From a virus (lineage: Duplodnaviria; Caudoviricetes): a stretch of DNA of 41,634 nt. Below the pieces are notes generated by a model. It had not been told where the DNA came from and ran no database searches. It worked only from the letters and a program-made list of their open reading frames with translations. The stretch lies in IMG/VR virus record IMGVR_UViG_3300042554_000432, positions 1 to 41,634 of that record, one strand, 5' to 3'. Position numbers and translations under genes: made by a program. Within the stretch, counting starts at the first letter, position 1. Every line of letters begins with the position of its first letter. Positions 1-10,289 of the stretch are shown here, piece by piece.

Positions 1-1050
1 CGCTACGCCTTGCTTTCCCTAGAGGCAGCAACCAAGGCGGTACAAGCACCTATTGCTATGCCTACTGATGTACAGGAGTTGGCTCTTGGACCTGATGCAA
101 TTATGCGCTCATCAAAGCCTAACGAAATTCGTAGAGTGCCACTTGAAATACCATCAGGCGCTTTTGCTCAACAAGGAGTTCTTGAACAAGAACTGCGTTT
201 AGGTTCTCGTTATCCTGAGAGCCGTACAGGTAACCTTGATGCTTCAATCGTTACAGGTCGTGGAGTTCAGGCTCTTATGTCGGGCTTTGATACACAGATT
301 AAAACTGCACACTCTATGTTTGCCCGTGCCTTTGTTGAACTTATTGGCATTTGCTTTAAAGTTGATGAAGCAGTATTTGGTAATGTTGAAAAAGAATTAA
401 AGGGCAACTATCACGGAACCCCTTATGCAATTAAGTACAAGCCACTCCGCGACATTGATGGTGACCACACCGTAGATGTTCAATACGGATTGATGGCAGG
501 ACTTGACCCTAACCGAGCATTGGTATTTGGTTTGCAGGCTCGCGGTGATAAATTGATTTCACGCGACTTCCTACGCAGACAAATGCCATTTTCATTTAAT
601 GCTACCCAAGAGGAAGCAAAGGTTGATACTGAGGAATTGCGTGATGCAATGAAGCAAGCGATTGCTTCTTATGCACAAGCAATCCCAGCACTTGCATCCC
701 AAGGTCAAGACCCTAGTGAAATTTTAGTTGCTTTATCAGCGGTGATTAACGCTCGTCAAAAGGGAACTTCTATTGAAGTTGCTGTGGCTGATGCGTTTAA
801 ACAACCTGAGGTTCCCACACCTGCGGGCATGACTCCTGAAACAGTAAGTCCTGATGGCATGCCAGTTGAGGGTCCCGCAGGTGCTGGGCAACTCCCTGCT
901 GGATTAAGTCCAACTGGTCGGATGGTAGGCACGGCTGCGGGTCAAATCGCACCGGGTGGTCGCCCTGATGTTCAGTCACTTTTAGCAAGTCTAACTCAAC
1001 AAGGAGAGCCTAATTTACAGGCTAGCCTAATTCGGCGAGTACCAGCGTAA
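1..1050 (+). CDS. Portal protein, 3' part (variant duplicate of 39779..41596)
   Basis: About 95% amino-acid identity to the C-terminal 347 aa of the ORF that follows the terminase; truncated at the window edge. Confidence 0.85.
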   Translation, partial: RYALLSLEAATKAVQAPIAMPTDVQELALGPDAIMRSSKPNEIRRVPLEIPSGAFAQQGVLEQELRLGSRYPESRTGNLDASIVTGRGVQALMSGFDTQIKTAHSMFARAFVELIGICFKVDEAVFGNVEKELKGNYHGTPYAIKYKPLRDIDGDHTVDVQYGLMAGLDPNRALVFGLQARGDKLISRDFLRRQMPFSFNATQEEAKVDTEELRDAMKQAIASYAQAIPALASQGQDPSEILVALSAVINARQKGTSIEVAVADAFKQPEVPTPAGMTPETVSPDGMPVEGPAGAGQLPAGLSPTGRMVGTAAGQIAPGGRPDVQSLLASLTQQGEPNLQASLIRRVPA

Positions 1051-1088
1051 AGGGGGTGAATAAATGAAGGGATACAGCAAGAAGCCAG
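1..1088. repeat. Imperfect terminal overlap, copy 1 (matches 40544..41634)
   Basis: Both copies start CGCTACGCCTTGCTTTCC and end CAGCAAGAAGCCAG; many substitutions and one 3-nt indel. Confidence 0.95.
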
Positions 1089-1225
1089 CGAACCAAGGTT
1101 CAGCAGGTAAGGCTAATGTACAAAAGCCACGCGTAGATGGCACTCCAAAAAAGGGCAATCCTAAAGGCGGAACGCTTTTTCTTAGCAAGCAACCAAAAGG
1201 AACCCGCGGTTCCAAGAACAAGTAA
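1064..1225 (+). CDS. Small Lys/Gly-rich basic protein (53 aa, MKGYSKKPANQG...)
   Basis: Manually translated; GGGGGTG RBS upstream; below the ORF-track cutoff. Confidence 0.65.
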   Translation: MKGYSKKPANQGSAGKANVQKPRVDGTPKKGNPKGGTLFLSKQPKGTRGSKNK

Positions 1226-1330
1226 GAACTTCATTGATGCAGCCTGAGTACGCTGTTTAAACAAAACTACTCATAATTTTAAAAGATGCACTTTAGATAC
1301 GCTCTTAAAGCGAAATGAAAGCAGGATAAA

Positions 1331-1804
1331 ATGGCAGACCAGCGCGGTGGATACAGGAAACCGACCAACCCTGCACCAGTTTCAGGACCCGGTGCGCTCT
1401 CTCAAAGAACGGATGGACAACCTGCACGATACACAGCAGGCATGGCTTATGGTGACGGGCAGGACTTTTATGACCTACAAACCCAAGCGCCCATGAGTGG
1501 TGGACAATCCAGCCCTGCATCTTTACCTTTAAATCAAGGCTCGGCTTTAGCAGGTTATGCAAAGCCAGTTGTTCCGTTAGACCAACCAACTCAATACCCT
1601 GAGGAACCAATTACTGCTGGACTTCCAATGGGTGCAGGTCCGGGACCGGAAGTGTTAACTTCCCCAGCAATGGTGGCTGCTCAAAACTCTGAGGATGTTG
1701 CAAGACTTATGGCTGTATTGCCAATCTATGCACGCATTGCTGAGTCACCAAATGCATCAAATGCTATGCGTAACTTCTACCGTTATTTACGGAGTCAAGT
1801 TTAA
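1331..1804 (+). CDS. Hypothetical virion-associated protein (Pro/Gly-rich)
   Basis: 157-aa ORF, AGGA RBS, stop overlaps the next start (TAATG). Confidence 0.75.
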   Translation: MADQRGGYRKPTNPAPVSGPGALSQRTDGQPARYTAGMAYGDGQDFYDLQTQAPMSGGQSSPASLPLNQGSALAGYAKPVVPLDQPTQYPEEPITAGLPMGAGPGPEVLTSPAMVAAQNSEDVARLMAVLPIYARIAESPNASNAMRNFYRYLRSQV

Positions 1805-4800
1805 TGTCTTGGTTTAACCGTATTGGCGACATAGCCAAAGGTGTTGTTAATTTTACAGGCATACCGGGACTAATCCACGACATTGCTACATCAGGTTCTA
1901 ATGATGACCCTTGGTATGTAGATGCCGTTAATGTTGCCAAAGGTGTAGTCAAAGTTGGAACCACGCCAGTTCGTGGTGCAGTCAAGGGACTGTTTGCTGT
2001 TGGCGAAGCATCTTATGAACTCGGTGGAAAAGCCCGTGAAAACATTGTTGAAAAGGGACTTGAACTGCCCTTTATGTATAACCGATACAAAAATGTTGGT
2101 GAAACATACGAACAGTATCAACAGCGTGTAGCCGAAAACAAAGACGAAATTTCTATGGGTCAAGTTGCCCTATCTTTGTTTGGTCCGGGCAAGAACGCAG
2201 CAGAAAATTCAGGTTGGTTTCACGATTTTACTGACCGTAACTTAAAGTTTTTATCAGCAGGATTTGATTTATTCAATCCTGAGGACAGAGAAGCAGCATT
2301 TAACGACCAGTTTATTGGTAAGTTTGCTAGCGGTTCTGTTGATTTTACTTCATCTATGACCATTGACCCATTGTTCTTTGCAGGGTTTGCTGGTAAAGGT
2401 TTATCTATTGCATCCCGTGCGCCAATGGCAGCAGGGTTGATGGGTGCTGGTCGTACTGGCATTGCAGCAATTCCGGGTTCTGCAACCCGCAAAGTTTTTG
2501 GTAAGTTAGCAATGACTACCGAAGGAGTTGATGACCTATTAGGTCGCGCTCTTAAAGGTGAAGGTCGTGCTGTTGAGGATGTTCAATTCCTTGCACGCTC
2601 TGATGCAAAGACTCAGTATGAATACTGGGCTAAAAAGCGTGTTACACATCCTGACGCTATGGCTTATTTATTTGGTCGTGCAACTACTGAGCAAGAAGTT
2701 GTTGATACTTTCCGTGCTGTAATTGGTACAGACAAGCAAGCAATGGCAGCAATCGCAAAAGTTGATGACGAAGCAGCACTTGTTCTTGATAACTTAACAG
2801 ATACACCAAAGCCTTTCCGTGAAGCACTTAACGGACAACTTGATGGTGATTTAATTGTTAACCCTGAATACAACAGGGCAATTACAACTTATTTAGATAA
2901 TCTTGTTAAAGAGGATGACCGCTTCCGTATTGCATTAGAAAAAGTTTCTACTGGTGGCAATGAGTTCCGTGGTGGAACTTTTGCCCGTGGACCACTTTCA
3001 GGTTATGCACGCAATCGTGCAGAAAAGTTAGCAAAGACTTTTGCTGACCCTGAAATTACAATGATACAAAAAACAAGCCTTCACCCAGCCGTAATGGTTG
3101 TTAATTACATGAAGGGTAAGTCAGAATTTTTTACTAAGTTCCGCCCAAGTGGTGTGTTCAGAGTAAATGATGGTGACTCCTATGTAGAAATGAACGCATT
3201 TTTGCGTGAGGCTGTTGAACTTTCAGGTGGAACATTTGCAGCAAAGGCTGGCACATACGCTGACCAGTATCTTGCAGCAGCCACCGAAGGCGAGCGTTTA
3301 AACATTATTAAGTTGGCTGAAAAAGATGCTTTGGGAATTATTGCCCCAAACATGACTCAGCAACAGATTGAAAAACTATACGCAATTTTTGATTACCGCC
3401 GTGCTAAGACACTTAAAGAACACAAAGACCGTGGCTTCTTGTCTATCTTTACAGAGAACGGTCCAGTAATTGCTAAGTTCCCACAGTTAGAGCGTGAGTC
3501 TGCAAACATTGTTATTGCAATGGATTTACGCCGACTAAAGGATGGCATTGACTCTTACGAGCGTGTGCTTCCGGGTATTCTTTCAGGTATTGACCCAACA
3601 GAGATTGCTGTTCGTGGACAAAAGTTTATGAACACCCTTGATAATGTTAACGACATTTTCAAGACATCTGTTCTTATGCGCCTAGGTTACACGGTTCGTA
3701 ACCTTACAGAAGCACAACTATCTATGATGGCTAAGGCTTTTGCTTTGCCAGCAGCGGTAGCAGTTGGTGGTCCTTCGGCTGTACAAAGATTTTTACAAAA
3801 CCGTAAGGCTGGCTTTACCCGTCTTATTGATAATGTTGAAGTCTTGGCTGGTCGTAAAGACGACATCAATGTTTTGCGTGATGAAGTTGCAAAACTTCAA
3901 GACATGCTTCGTGGTCTTGACCTTTCTCGTAAAGGTCTTGCAGGAGAAATCCGTACCCGCATGGCAGACATTGAGCGTGGTGGCGAGCGCCTAATTGCTA
4001 ACTACATTGCTGCTGAAAAGGCTAAAGGCAATCTAGTTGGTGTTGAGGAAGCAGCAGCCATTGTTCTACCTAGAGAACTTAAAAGACTTCGTTCTGCCTT
4101 GGCAGAAGCAGAAGCCGTTACTTTGTATCATGGTTCAACAGCAGATGCATTTGAGTTTGACCCAACAAGACCGCTATCTGCATCTACTAATGCACAAATT
4201 GCTGACCGTTATGCAACACAAGAATTTAGTTTTGGATTAGAGCGTTACATCTCAGATACTGGGCGACCAGTTCCACTAAGAGTTGTTACTAGAAAAGGTA
4301 TTGAACAAGCACCTGCTGGACAAGCGGGAACAAAAGAAGTTTTTGAACAAATGCCAACCAGCGAATTTCCCGCTGTTAAAGCATGGGTTACTGGCGTTGC
4401 TGGTATTGAACAAAACATTTTGCGTGGTATGACTTTTGATGAAGTTACAGGAGAGTTAGAAAAATTAAATCCTTCTGCTCAAAAGTGGGTTGGTGAATTA
4501 AAGCGTACTATTGAACGCTCTATAATTAAAGAACCAACAACAGTTTATCGTATTACAGATAATACTGCTTTTTACAAAACACCAGTTGGTGGGATTGTTA
4601 CAGAACCAGCCTTTGTTGCTACAAGTAAAAATTCAGACATACCTGAAAGTCGTGCATTTTTTCTTGAAATTAAATTGCCTAAAAATCATCCGGGCTTAGA
4701 CATTAAAAGAACTTATGATGATTTTGCTGCCTATGACCCAACTATTAAAAGGGCAAGTAGTTGGCAAGATGCTCAAAGAGAAGCAGAAATTTTATTACCA

Positions 4801-7800
4801 CCGGGAAGTAAGTTTAAAATTATTTCTCGCACAATTCCTGAGGCAAATGCTGACGGTGTTTTACAAGGTCCAACTAAAATTGTTCTTGAAGCCATTGCGC
4901 CTAAAGTTCAAAGAAAACCATTTCCTGCTAAATTAGAAAATGCTGCTGAACTTATGAAAGCAGACATGATTGATGCTACTCGCGCTGGAAACATTGTTGA
5001 AGTTCGCAAAGGCACAAGCAAAGGTTTTGTTAAGGTTGATGAGGATAGAATACGCGACTTTAATCCTAAAGAATTAGAGCGTGCAGTATTCCGTGTCCGC
5101 CGTGATGGTGGAAGCGTTACACCAATGCGTGTTTACGGTGATGCTCTTTATCTCACTAAATGGTCAGACATCCCATTGGATGTACGCAAAGAAGTATTTG
5201 GTGGAGATGTAAAGGTTTGGCGTGCTTGGGTAAAGAGTAAGGGTTGGCAAGACCAAAACTCTCCTTTGTATAATTACCTTCGTCAAAACAATTTTGGTCG
5301 TGCAGTTGTAGGTGATGACCGCCGTGCAGGTGGACTATCACACATTGTTCTACCTGAGGCAGTAGGTGAAGCAGGTCGTGGTCGTGAAGTTACTAAGTTA
5401 AGTCGCGCTCAGATTGAAGCAGCACAAGCAGAAGCAGATGCTGCATTAGACATTGCTCAGCCATTGCAGACAACTAAAGAACGCCGTGTTGCTCGTACAC
5501 AAGTACGCCGTAAGGAAAAGTCACGCCGTACTCGCCCAGCAGTTTCTCCTTACTATGATGATGAGAACCTAATTGCCATGATTAACAATGGCGTTGAGGA
5601 TGCTGCTGCTAACCTTGGTCGTTCATACGCAGAGGTTAATGCTCAACTTGACGACATGATGGCTCGCCTAGGCGCTCGCATTAGTCAATCAGAACAAATG
5701 GCTGTTAAGTCTAAGGTTGGCTATGGAACTTTCACACATGAAGCCAATGGTCAGTCATACGAAGTTGATGAAGTATTTAACAATGCATCTTGGATGCTTG
5801 CTCGTACATCATCTGAACAAACATGGGGCAGCATTATTGGAAGCCAGCAAATGGCGTTCCTTGCAGGTCCCGGTTCAAGAGCAATGCGACCAGTTAAGCC
5901 CGGCGACCCACGCTACTTTGAAGCATGGGCTGGTGTATTAAACCTACACTTCCGCGACCCTGAAACTGGGGTTATGGACCCAATCGTAAGTCGTATTCTT
6001 GACGGTGCAACTAATGATGAGATTTTAGGATTTTTAACTAGAACTCGTAGTGGTCGTATCTATGCTAATAACACATACACAATTCCCGGCAAGGGACTTG
6101 GGTTTGGTAAGTTAAAGGCTGGCGAGGAAAACGATTACCTATTAACTCGTATTAGCGATACACGCAATGCTGTTAAGTTGTATGTTCCTGATGAGGACAC
6201 AGCACTTATGCTTCGTGCTGCTAAAGAGGATGGCAAGCCACTTACAGGCGGAGATGTAGAAGTATTTTTACTTAACCGCTTTGGCGCTAACCCTGAGAAC
6301 TTACCTGAGATTAACGGTCTGCTTGTAACTACAAGTAAAGAATACCGTGACCAAGAGCGTATTGTGGACATGGTTAATCGCCGTGTTATGCGTTTCTTAG
6401 GTTCACTTCCTGAGGATACCTTTGCTCGTCACCCATTAGTAAATGTTGTTTACAGAGAAAATGTTAGACGAAACATTGATGGAATTGCACAGGCTAGAGG
6501 TACTGACCGACTAACAGGTGATGAAATCGCCCGTGCCGAGCGTGCTGCCCGTGAGGAAGCCCGCCGTGAAGTAGAGCGTACTTTGTTTACTATTGTTCGT
6601 AGAACTGGTGCATCATCAAGCCAAGTAATGCGCTTGTTATTCCCGTTCTATGCAGCCTATGAAAATACCTTAATGCGTTGGGGTGGCATTGTTGCCGAGA
6701 ACCCACAGGTAGTTACAACTGCTGCTAGAACTATTGCACAAATTGTTAATGGACAGTTGATAGTTGACCAAGAAGGCAACCGTATTACCGACACCAAGCA
6801 ACTTGGTGAAGGCGGTATGGCTAACCTTGTGGTTCAAGTACCTGATGCATTTATCAAAGCATTGCCGGGTGAGTGGCAAGATGTGGCTGAGAACGCGTTT
6901 AAACGAGTTAACATCCCATTATCAAGCCTTGATGTTATTACCCAAGGTCAAGCAGGTAATCCGGGATTTGGTCCTTACGCCGTATTCCCAGCCTACTTAA
7001 TCTTGCGCCAACGCCCTGAGTTTGAGGAAGCCTTTGCACCGCTATTCCCAGCAGGTATGCCTAATAGCGCATCTGAGATTTTTCTACCTAGCACAGTACG
7101 CCGTCTGAAAACCATGTGGTCTAAGGATGAGATGTATGTTCGTACCTTCAATCAAATGTTGCGTTATGAAACATACAACTACAACACAGGCAAGCGCCAA
7201 GATGTGCCAACAGTAGATGAAATTACCAGCAAAGTTAACAAGTTCTACATGCTTCGTTCTTTGACTGCAATTTCTGCACCGTTTGCTATCTCTCCTGAGG
7301 TAGATTTCTACCAGCAAGTTTTCCGCCAGTTTCAAAATCAATACACAGAACCCGGCGAAGCAGAAGCCAAGTTCTTTGAGATGTATCCTGACTTCTTTGA
7401 AGCCACAGTATCTCTATCTAAGAACCCCGGCAGCCTTGAAGCCAACCTAGATACCGTTCGTAACCTTCGTAAGTTCAGCGGTCTAATGGCAACAGCAGAG
7501 GCAAAGGGTGAGCCTGAACTTATGGGATGGCTTGCTAATGATTTTGACGGTAAGTATGACTTCTCGCAGGCTGCCTATCAATGGCAGTATCGCACAGGTT
7601 CATACCCCGGTTCGGCTAACACCTATCGTCAAAACCGTAACCCAGCAGAACTTATTAAGGATGCTAACTTAAAGCGTGGCTGGACTGAATACCGTAAGAT
7701 ACAAGATGTTATTGATGCATTTAAAATTCAAAACGGTATCGGCAGTAATCGTGACCCATTGCTAGAGCAATACAATAATGCTAAACGCCAATGGCTTGAT

Positions 7801-8154
7801 TACATGGCACAGAATAACCCTGATTGGTACGCAGCATACATGTCGCCTGACCGTGGCAAGTACATGAAGCGTGCTGATGTTCTTGAACAAGCGTTCCAAA
7901 ATAAAGCATGGATGGCACAAAATGGTGACCGTGCAGTTGTAAAGGCTGTTGCTTTGTACTTGGATGCTCGTAAAAAGATTGGTCAGGCATTACTACAACG
8001 CGACCAAATGGGCGGTTCACGCTCATTGGATGCAAACTCTAATGATGATTTAGCAGAACTTTGGGATAAGTTTGTTACCCAACTTGGTGCTGAGTCACCT
8101 GAATTTAGCGACTTCTATAACCGATACTTTCCAAACGACCCGGTGGTGATTTAA
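1804..8154 (+). CDS. Large internal virion/ejection protein with an embedded ADP-ribosyltransferase domain
   Basis: 2116 aa; position between portal and capsid genes; ART motifs VYR(916), FVATS, REAEILLP (E993/E995). Confidence 0.75.
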   Translation: MSWFNRIGDIAKGVVNFTGIPGLIHDIATSGSNDDPWYVDAVNVAKGVVKVGTTPVRGAVKGLFAVGEASYELGGKARENIVEKGLELPFMYNRYKNVGETYEQYQQRVAENKDEISMGQVALSLFGPGKNAAENSGWFHDFTDRNLKFLSAGFDLFNPEDREAAFNDQFIGKFASGSVDFTSSMTIDPLFFAGFAGKGLSIASRAPMAAGLMGAGRTGIAAIPGSATRKVFGKLAMTTEGVDDLLGRALKGEGRAVEDVQFLARSDAKTQYEYWAKKRVTHPDAMAYLFGRATTEQEVVDTFRAVIGTDKQAMAAIAKVDDEAALVLDNLTDTPKPFREALNGQLDGDLIVNPEYNRAITTYLDNLVKEDDRFRIALEKVSTGGNEFRGGTFARGPLSGYARNRAEKLAKTFADPEITMIQKTSLHPAVMVVNYMKGKSEFFTKFRPSGVFRVNDGDSYVEMNAFLREAVELSGGTFAAKAGTYADQYLAAATEGERLNIIKLAEKDALGIIAPNMTQQQIEKLYAIFDYRRAKTLKEHKDRGFLSIFTENGPVIAKFPQLERESANIVIAMDLRRLKDGIDSYERVLPGILSGIDPTEIAVRGQKFMNTLDNVNDIFKTSVLMRLGYTVRNLTEAQLSMMAKAFALPAAVAVGGPSAVQRFLQNRKAGFTRLIDNVEVLAGRKDDINVLRDEVAKLQDMLRGLDLSRKGLAGEIRTRMADIERGGERLIANYIAAEKAKGNLVGVEEAAAIVLPRELKRLRSALAEAEAVTLYHGSTADAFEFDPTRPLSASTNAQIADRYATQEFSFGLERYISDTGRPVPLRVVTRKGIEQAPAGQAGTKEVFEQMPTSEFPAVKAWVTGVAGIEQNILRGMTFDEVTGELEKLNPSAQKWVGELKRTIERSIIKEPTTVYRITDNTAFYKTPVGGIVTEPAFVATSKNSDIPESRAFFLEIKLPKNHPGLDIKRTYDDFAAYDPTIKRASSWQDAQREAEILLPPGSKFKIISRTIPEANADGVLQGPTKIVLEAIAPKVQRKPFPAKLENAAELMKADMIDATRAGNIVEVRKGTSKGFVKVDEDRIRDFNPKELERAVFRVRRDGGSVTPMRVYGDALYLTKWSDIPLDVRKEVFGGDVKVWRAWVKSKGWQDQNSPLYNYLRQNNFGRAVVGDDRRAGGLSHIVLPEAVGEAGRGREVTKLSRAQIEAAQAEADAALDIAQPLQTTKERRVARTQVRRKEKSRRTRPAVSPYYDDENLIAMINNGVEDAAANLGRSYAEVNAQLDDMMARLGARISQSEQMAVKSKVGYGTFTHEANGQSYEVDEVFNNASWMLARTSSEQTWGSIIGSQQMAFLAGPGSRAMRPVKPGDPRYFEAWAGVLNLHFRDPETGVMDPIVSRILDGATNDEILGFLTRTRSGRIYANNTYTIPGKGLGFGKLKAGEENDYLLTRISDTRNAVKLYVPDEDTALMLRAAKEDGKPLTGGDVEVFLLNRFGANPENLPEINGLLVTTSKEYRDQERIVDMVNRRVMRFLGSLPEDTFARHPLVNVVYRENVRRNIDGIAQARGTDRLTGDEIARAERAAREEARREVERTLFTIVRRTGASSSQVMRLLFPFYAAYENTLMRWGGIVAENPQVVTTAARTIAQIVNGQLIVDQEGNRITDTKQLGEGGMANLVVQVPDAFIKALPGEWQDVAENAFKRVNIPLSSLDVITQGQAGNPGFGPYAVFPAYLILRQRPEFEEAFAPLFPAGMPNSASEIFLPSTVRRLKTMWSKDEMYVRTFNQMLRYETYNYNTGKRQDVPTVDEITSKVNKFYMLRSLTAISAPFAISPEVDFYQQVFRQFQNQYTEPGEAEAKFFEMYPDFFEATVSLSKNPGSLEANLDTVRNLRKFSGLMATAEAKGEPELMGWLANDFDGKYDFSQAAYQWQYRTGSYPGSANTYRQNRNPAELIKDANLKRGWTEYRKIQDVIDAFKIQNGIGSNRDPLLEQYNNAKRQWLDYMAQNNPDWYAAYMSPDRGKYMKRADVLEQAFQNKAWMAQNGDRAVVKAVALYLDARKKIGQALLQRDQMGGSRSLDANSNDDLAELWDKFVTQLGAESPEFSDFYNRYFPNDPVVI

Positions 8155-8784
8155 ATGGCAGATGAAAAAGATAAGAAAGCAGTAGAAACTACTGCATCTA
8201 ATAAGACTGGTTCAACCAGTTCTATGGACATTTTCAACCAAGCCTTAGCATCAGGTGGTGTTTATCAAGGTAAAGGTGCAGATGGTAAGGACAAGACTGT
8301 TGGTTTAGATGAGTGGACCAAGAGATGGTTTGCTATGTCCGAAGCAGAGCGCCAAAAGTGGGTAGATAAGTTTAATGCTGCTGGCAAAAAAGTTAATGTT
8401 ATTAACGGTGTTGATGAGTGGGTAGCCTACGGGCGTAAGTCTATTGAGTATTTTCAAAAAGGTGGCAAATTTACACCTGATGAACTACTTGCAATGGATA
8501 CCAAGCAAGGCAGCGGTGGAGTTACTTACACATCTCAGGATGCTAAGGCTTTAGTTCAAAGCACATACCAATCACTACTTGGTCGTGATGCTACTGGTGC
8601 TGAGTATGAGAAGGCTTTTCAAAAGGCTATGACTCAATCTAGTTCAACTGGTGCTGGTGGTCGCCAACAGGCTGTTGTTGACTTTATTAAATCATCAGAT
8701 GAGTATGATGCCCGTCAGGAAAATAAATACCTTGATGCTATTTTCAATGAATTAGCAGGAGAGATGCGTGAGGTAAAAGCATAA
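8155..8784 (+). CDS. Putative internal virion protein
   Basis: 209-aa ORF coupled to its neighbours; helical; YQSLLGRDA segment resembles DUF4214-type repeats. Confidence 0.55.
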   Translation: MADEKDKKAVETTASNKTGSTSSMDIFNQALASGGVYQGKGADGKDKTVGLDEWTKRWFAMSEAERQKWVDKFNAAGKKVNVINGVDEWVAYGRKSIEYFQKGGKFTPDELLAMDTKQGSGGVTYTSQDAKALVQSTYQSLLGRDATGAEYEKAFQKAMTQSSSTGAGGRQQAVVDFIKSSDEYDARQENKYLDAIFNELAGEMREVKA

Positions 8785-10286
8785 TGCCAGTCGGTTCACG
8801 CGGTGGTGGTAGAGGTAATGTTCAACCTGAGGAAATGTCCCTTGGAGAAAAACTTGCTAGAACAGGTGCTTTTCTTGAACAAAAAAGAAGGGCGTTTGCA
8901 AACGCTAAGTTAAACACTCCTGCATACACAAAAGCAGAAAAAGAATACTTAGCAGCAAAGAAAGCATTTGATGAACTTAATGCACAAAGCAAAGCAGAAA
9001 CTGCTGCTGCATTAAAAAAGAAAAATCAAGCGGAAGTTACCCGTTTACAGGGCGAGCGCAAGAGAGCAATTACTCTTGGTGCTAAAGAAACTGACCAAAA
9101 GATTAAAGACATTGATGCCAAGATTAAGGCATTAGGTGGTACTCCTACGCCTATTACCGGTACAGCAGGACAAGGTAAAGATAGTGATGGAGATGGTATT
9201 CCTGACCTAATAGATAACCTTCCTACGGTAGCAAATCCTGACCAAAAATCAGGTACTGGCAAAGTAGGTAGCGCTGGTACTGCTGGCATTGGTTCTACTG
9301 GCGCAACAGGTTCAACTGGTGCTACTGGTGGCACAGGCGGTACTGGTGGCACAGGTGATAAGAATAAAGTTGTTATTGATAAGACTGTATGGGTTTCTTA
9401 CATGCGACAAACTTTCAAAACACTTGATGATGCCAAGATGCGTGACCAAATTGAGAAACTTCTTGATACTGCTAAGAAGCAGAATTGGGATGAAGCAACC
9501 TTTATGGAAGCCCTTAAAGGTACAACTTGGTGGCAGACTGAATACCCAACTTTCCGTAACTTTTTCCTAGAGTCTAATGACCCACGCAACGCTGCAACTT
9601 TTGGTCAAAAGGTTAACAATAAAACAGATGCAGTAAGACAACGCCTTGAAGCCTTGGGTATCCGTTTAAACCAAATTGACCCAACTACTGGCAAGATGAT
9701 GACCCCTGAGGAATACAACAAGCGTGTAAACGGCATTATCCTAGAAACTATTAAGAACGATTGGACTGATGCTCAACTAGATAATTACTTGGCTACTAAG
9801 TCAGACATTATCTTTTCAGGTGGCGGAAGTATTGGAAGTTCAATTCGCCGTATCAATGATGTGGCTTGGAAGTATGGCGTTAATCTTGACGACAACTACA
9901 AGAAGTCAATTAACCAGTCATTGCTAGACACAATGGATGGGCGTGATGAGTCATTTTGGTATGAGGAAATGAAGCGACAGGCTTCTGACCTTTACTCTCC
10001 TTTTTCTGAGGGTTTAAACCAAGGTAGAACTCTTTACGACATGACTCGTAACTACCGTACTCAAATGGCTTCACTTCTTGAAATGGATGAAAGTTCTATC
10101 AAATGGAACGACCTTATGAAGTATGCCATGAAAACTGGCGTAGATGGTAAGCCTGCTAAATCTACATTTGCAGAGTTTACTAAGTCTATTAAGAACGACC
10201 CACTATGGCAGTACACAAAGAACGCTAAAGAAACTTATACCAATCAGGCACTTAGCCTGCTTCGTGACTTCGGAATTGTAGGTTAA
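8784..10286 (+). CDS. Putative internal virion protein
   Basis: 500 aa; coiled N-terminus, DSDGDGIPD Ca-binding-like motif, Gly-Thr linker. Confidence 0.55.
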   Translation: MPVGSRGGGRGNVQPEEMSLGEKLARTGAFLEQKRRAFANAKLNTPAYTKAEKEYLAAKKAFDELNAQSKAETAAALKKKNQAEVTRLQGERKRAITLGAKETDQKIKDIDAKIKALGGTPTPITGTAGQGKDSDGDGIPDLIDNLPTVANPDQKSGTGKVGSAGTAGIGSTGATGSTGATGGTGGTGGTGDKNKVVIDKTVWVSYMRQTFKTLDDAKMRDQIEKLLDTAKKQNWDEATFMEALKGTTWWQTEYPTFRNFFLESNDPRNAATFGQKVNNKTDAVRQRLEALGIRLNQIDPTTGKMMTPEEYNKRVNGIILETIKNDWTDAQLDNYLATKSDIIFSGGGSIGSSIRRINDVAWKYGVNLDDNYKKSINQSLLDTMDGRDESFWYEEMKRQASDLYSPFSEGLNQGRTLYDMTRNYRTQMASLLEMDESSIKWNDLMKYAMKTGVDGKPAKSTFAEFTKSIKNDPLWQYTKNAKETYTNQALSLLRDFGIVG

Positions 10287-10289
10287 TAG

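Noticed and set aside
1-1088. True direct terminal repeat
   Set aside because: The copies are divergent and break inside the portal gene; assembly overlap or permutation explains them better
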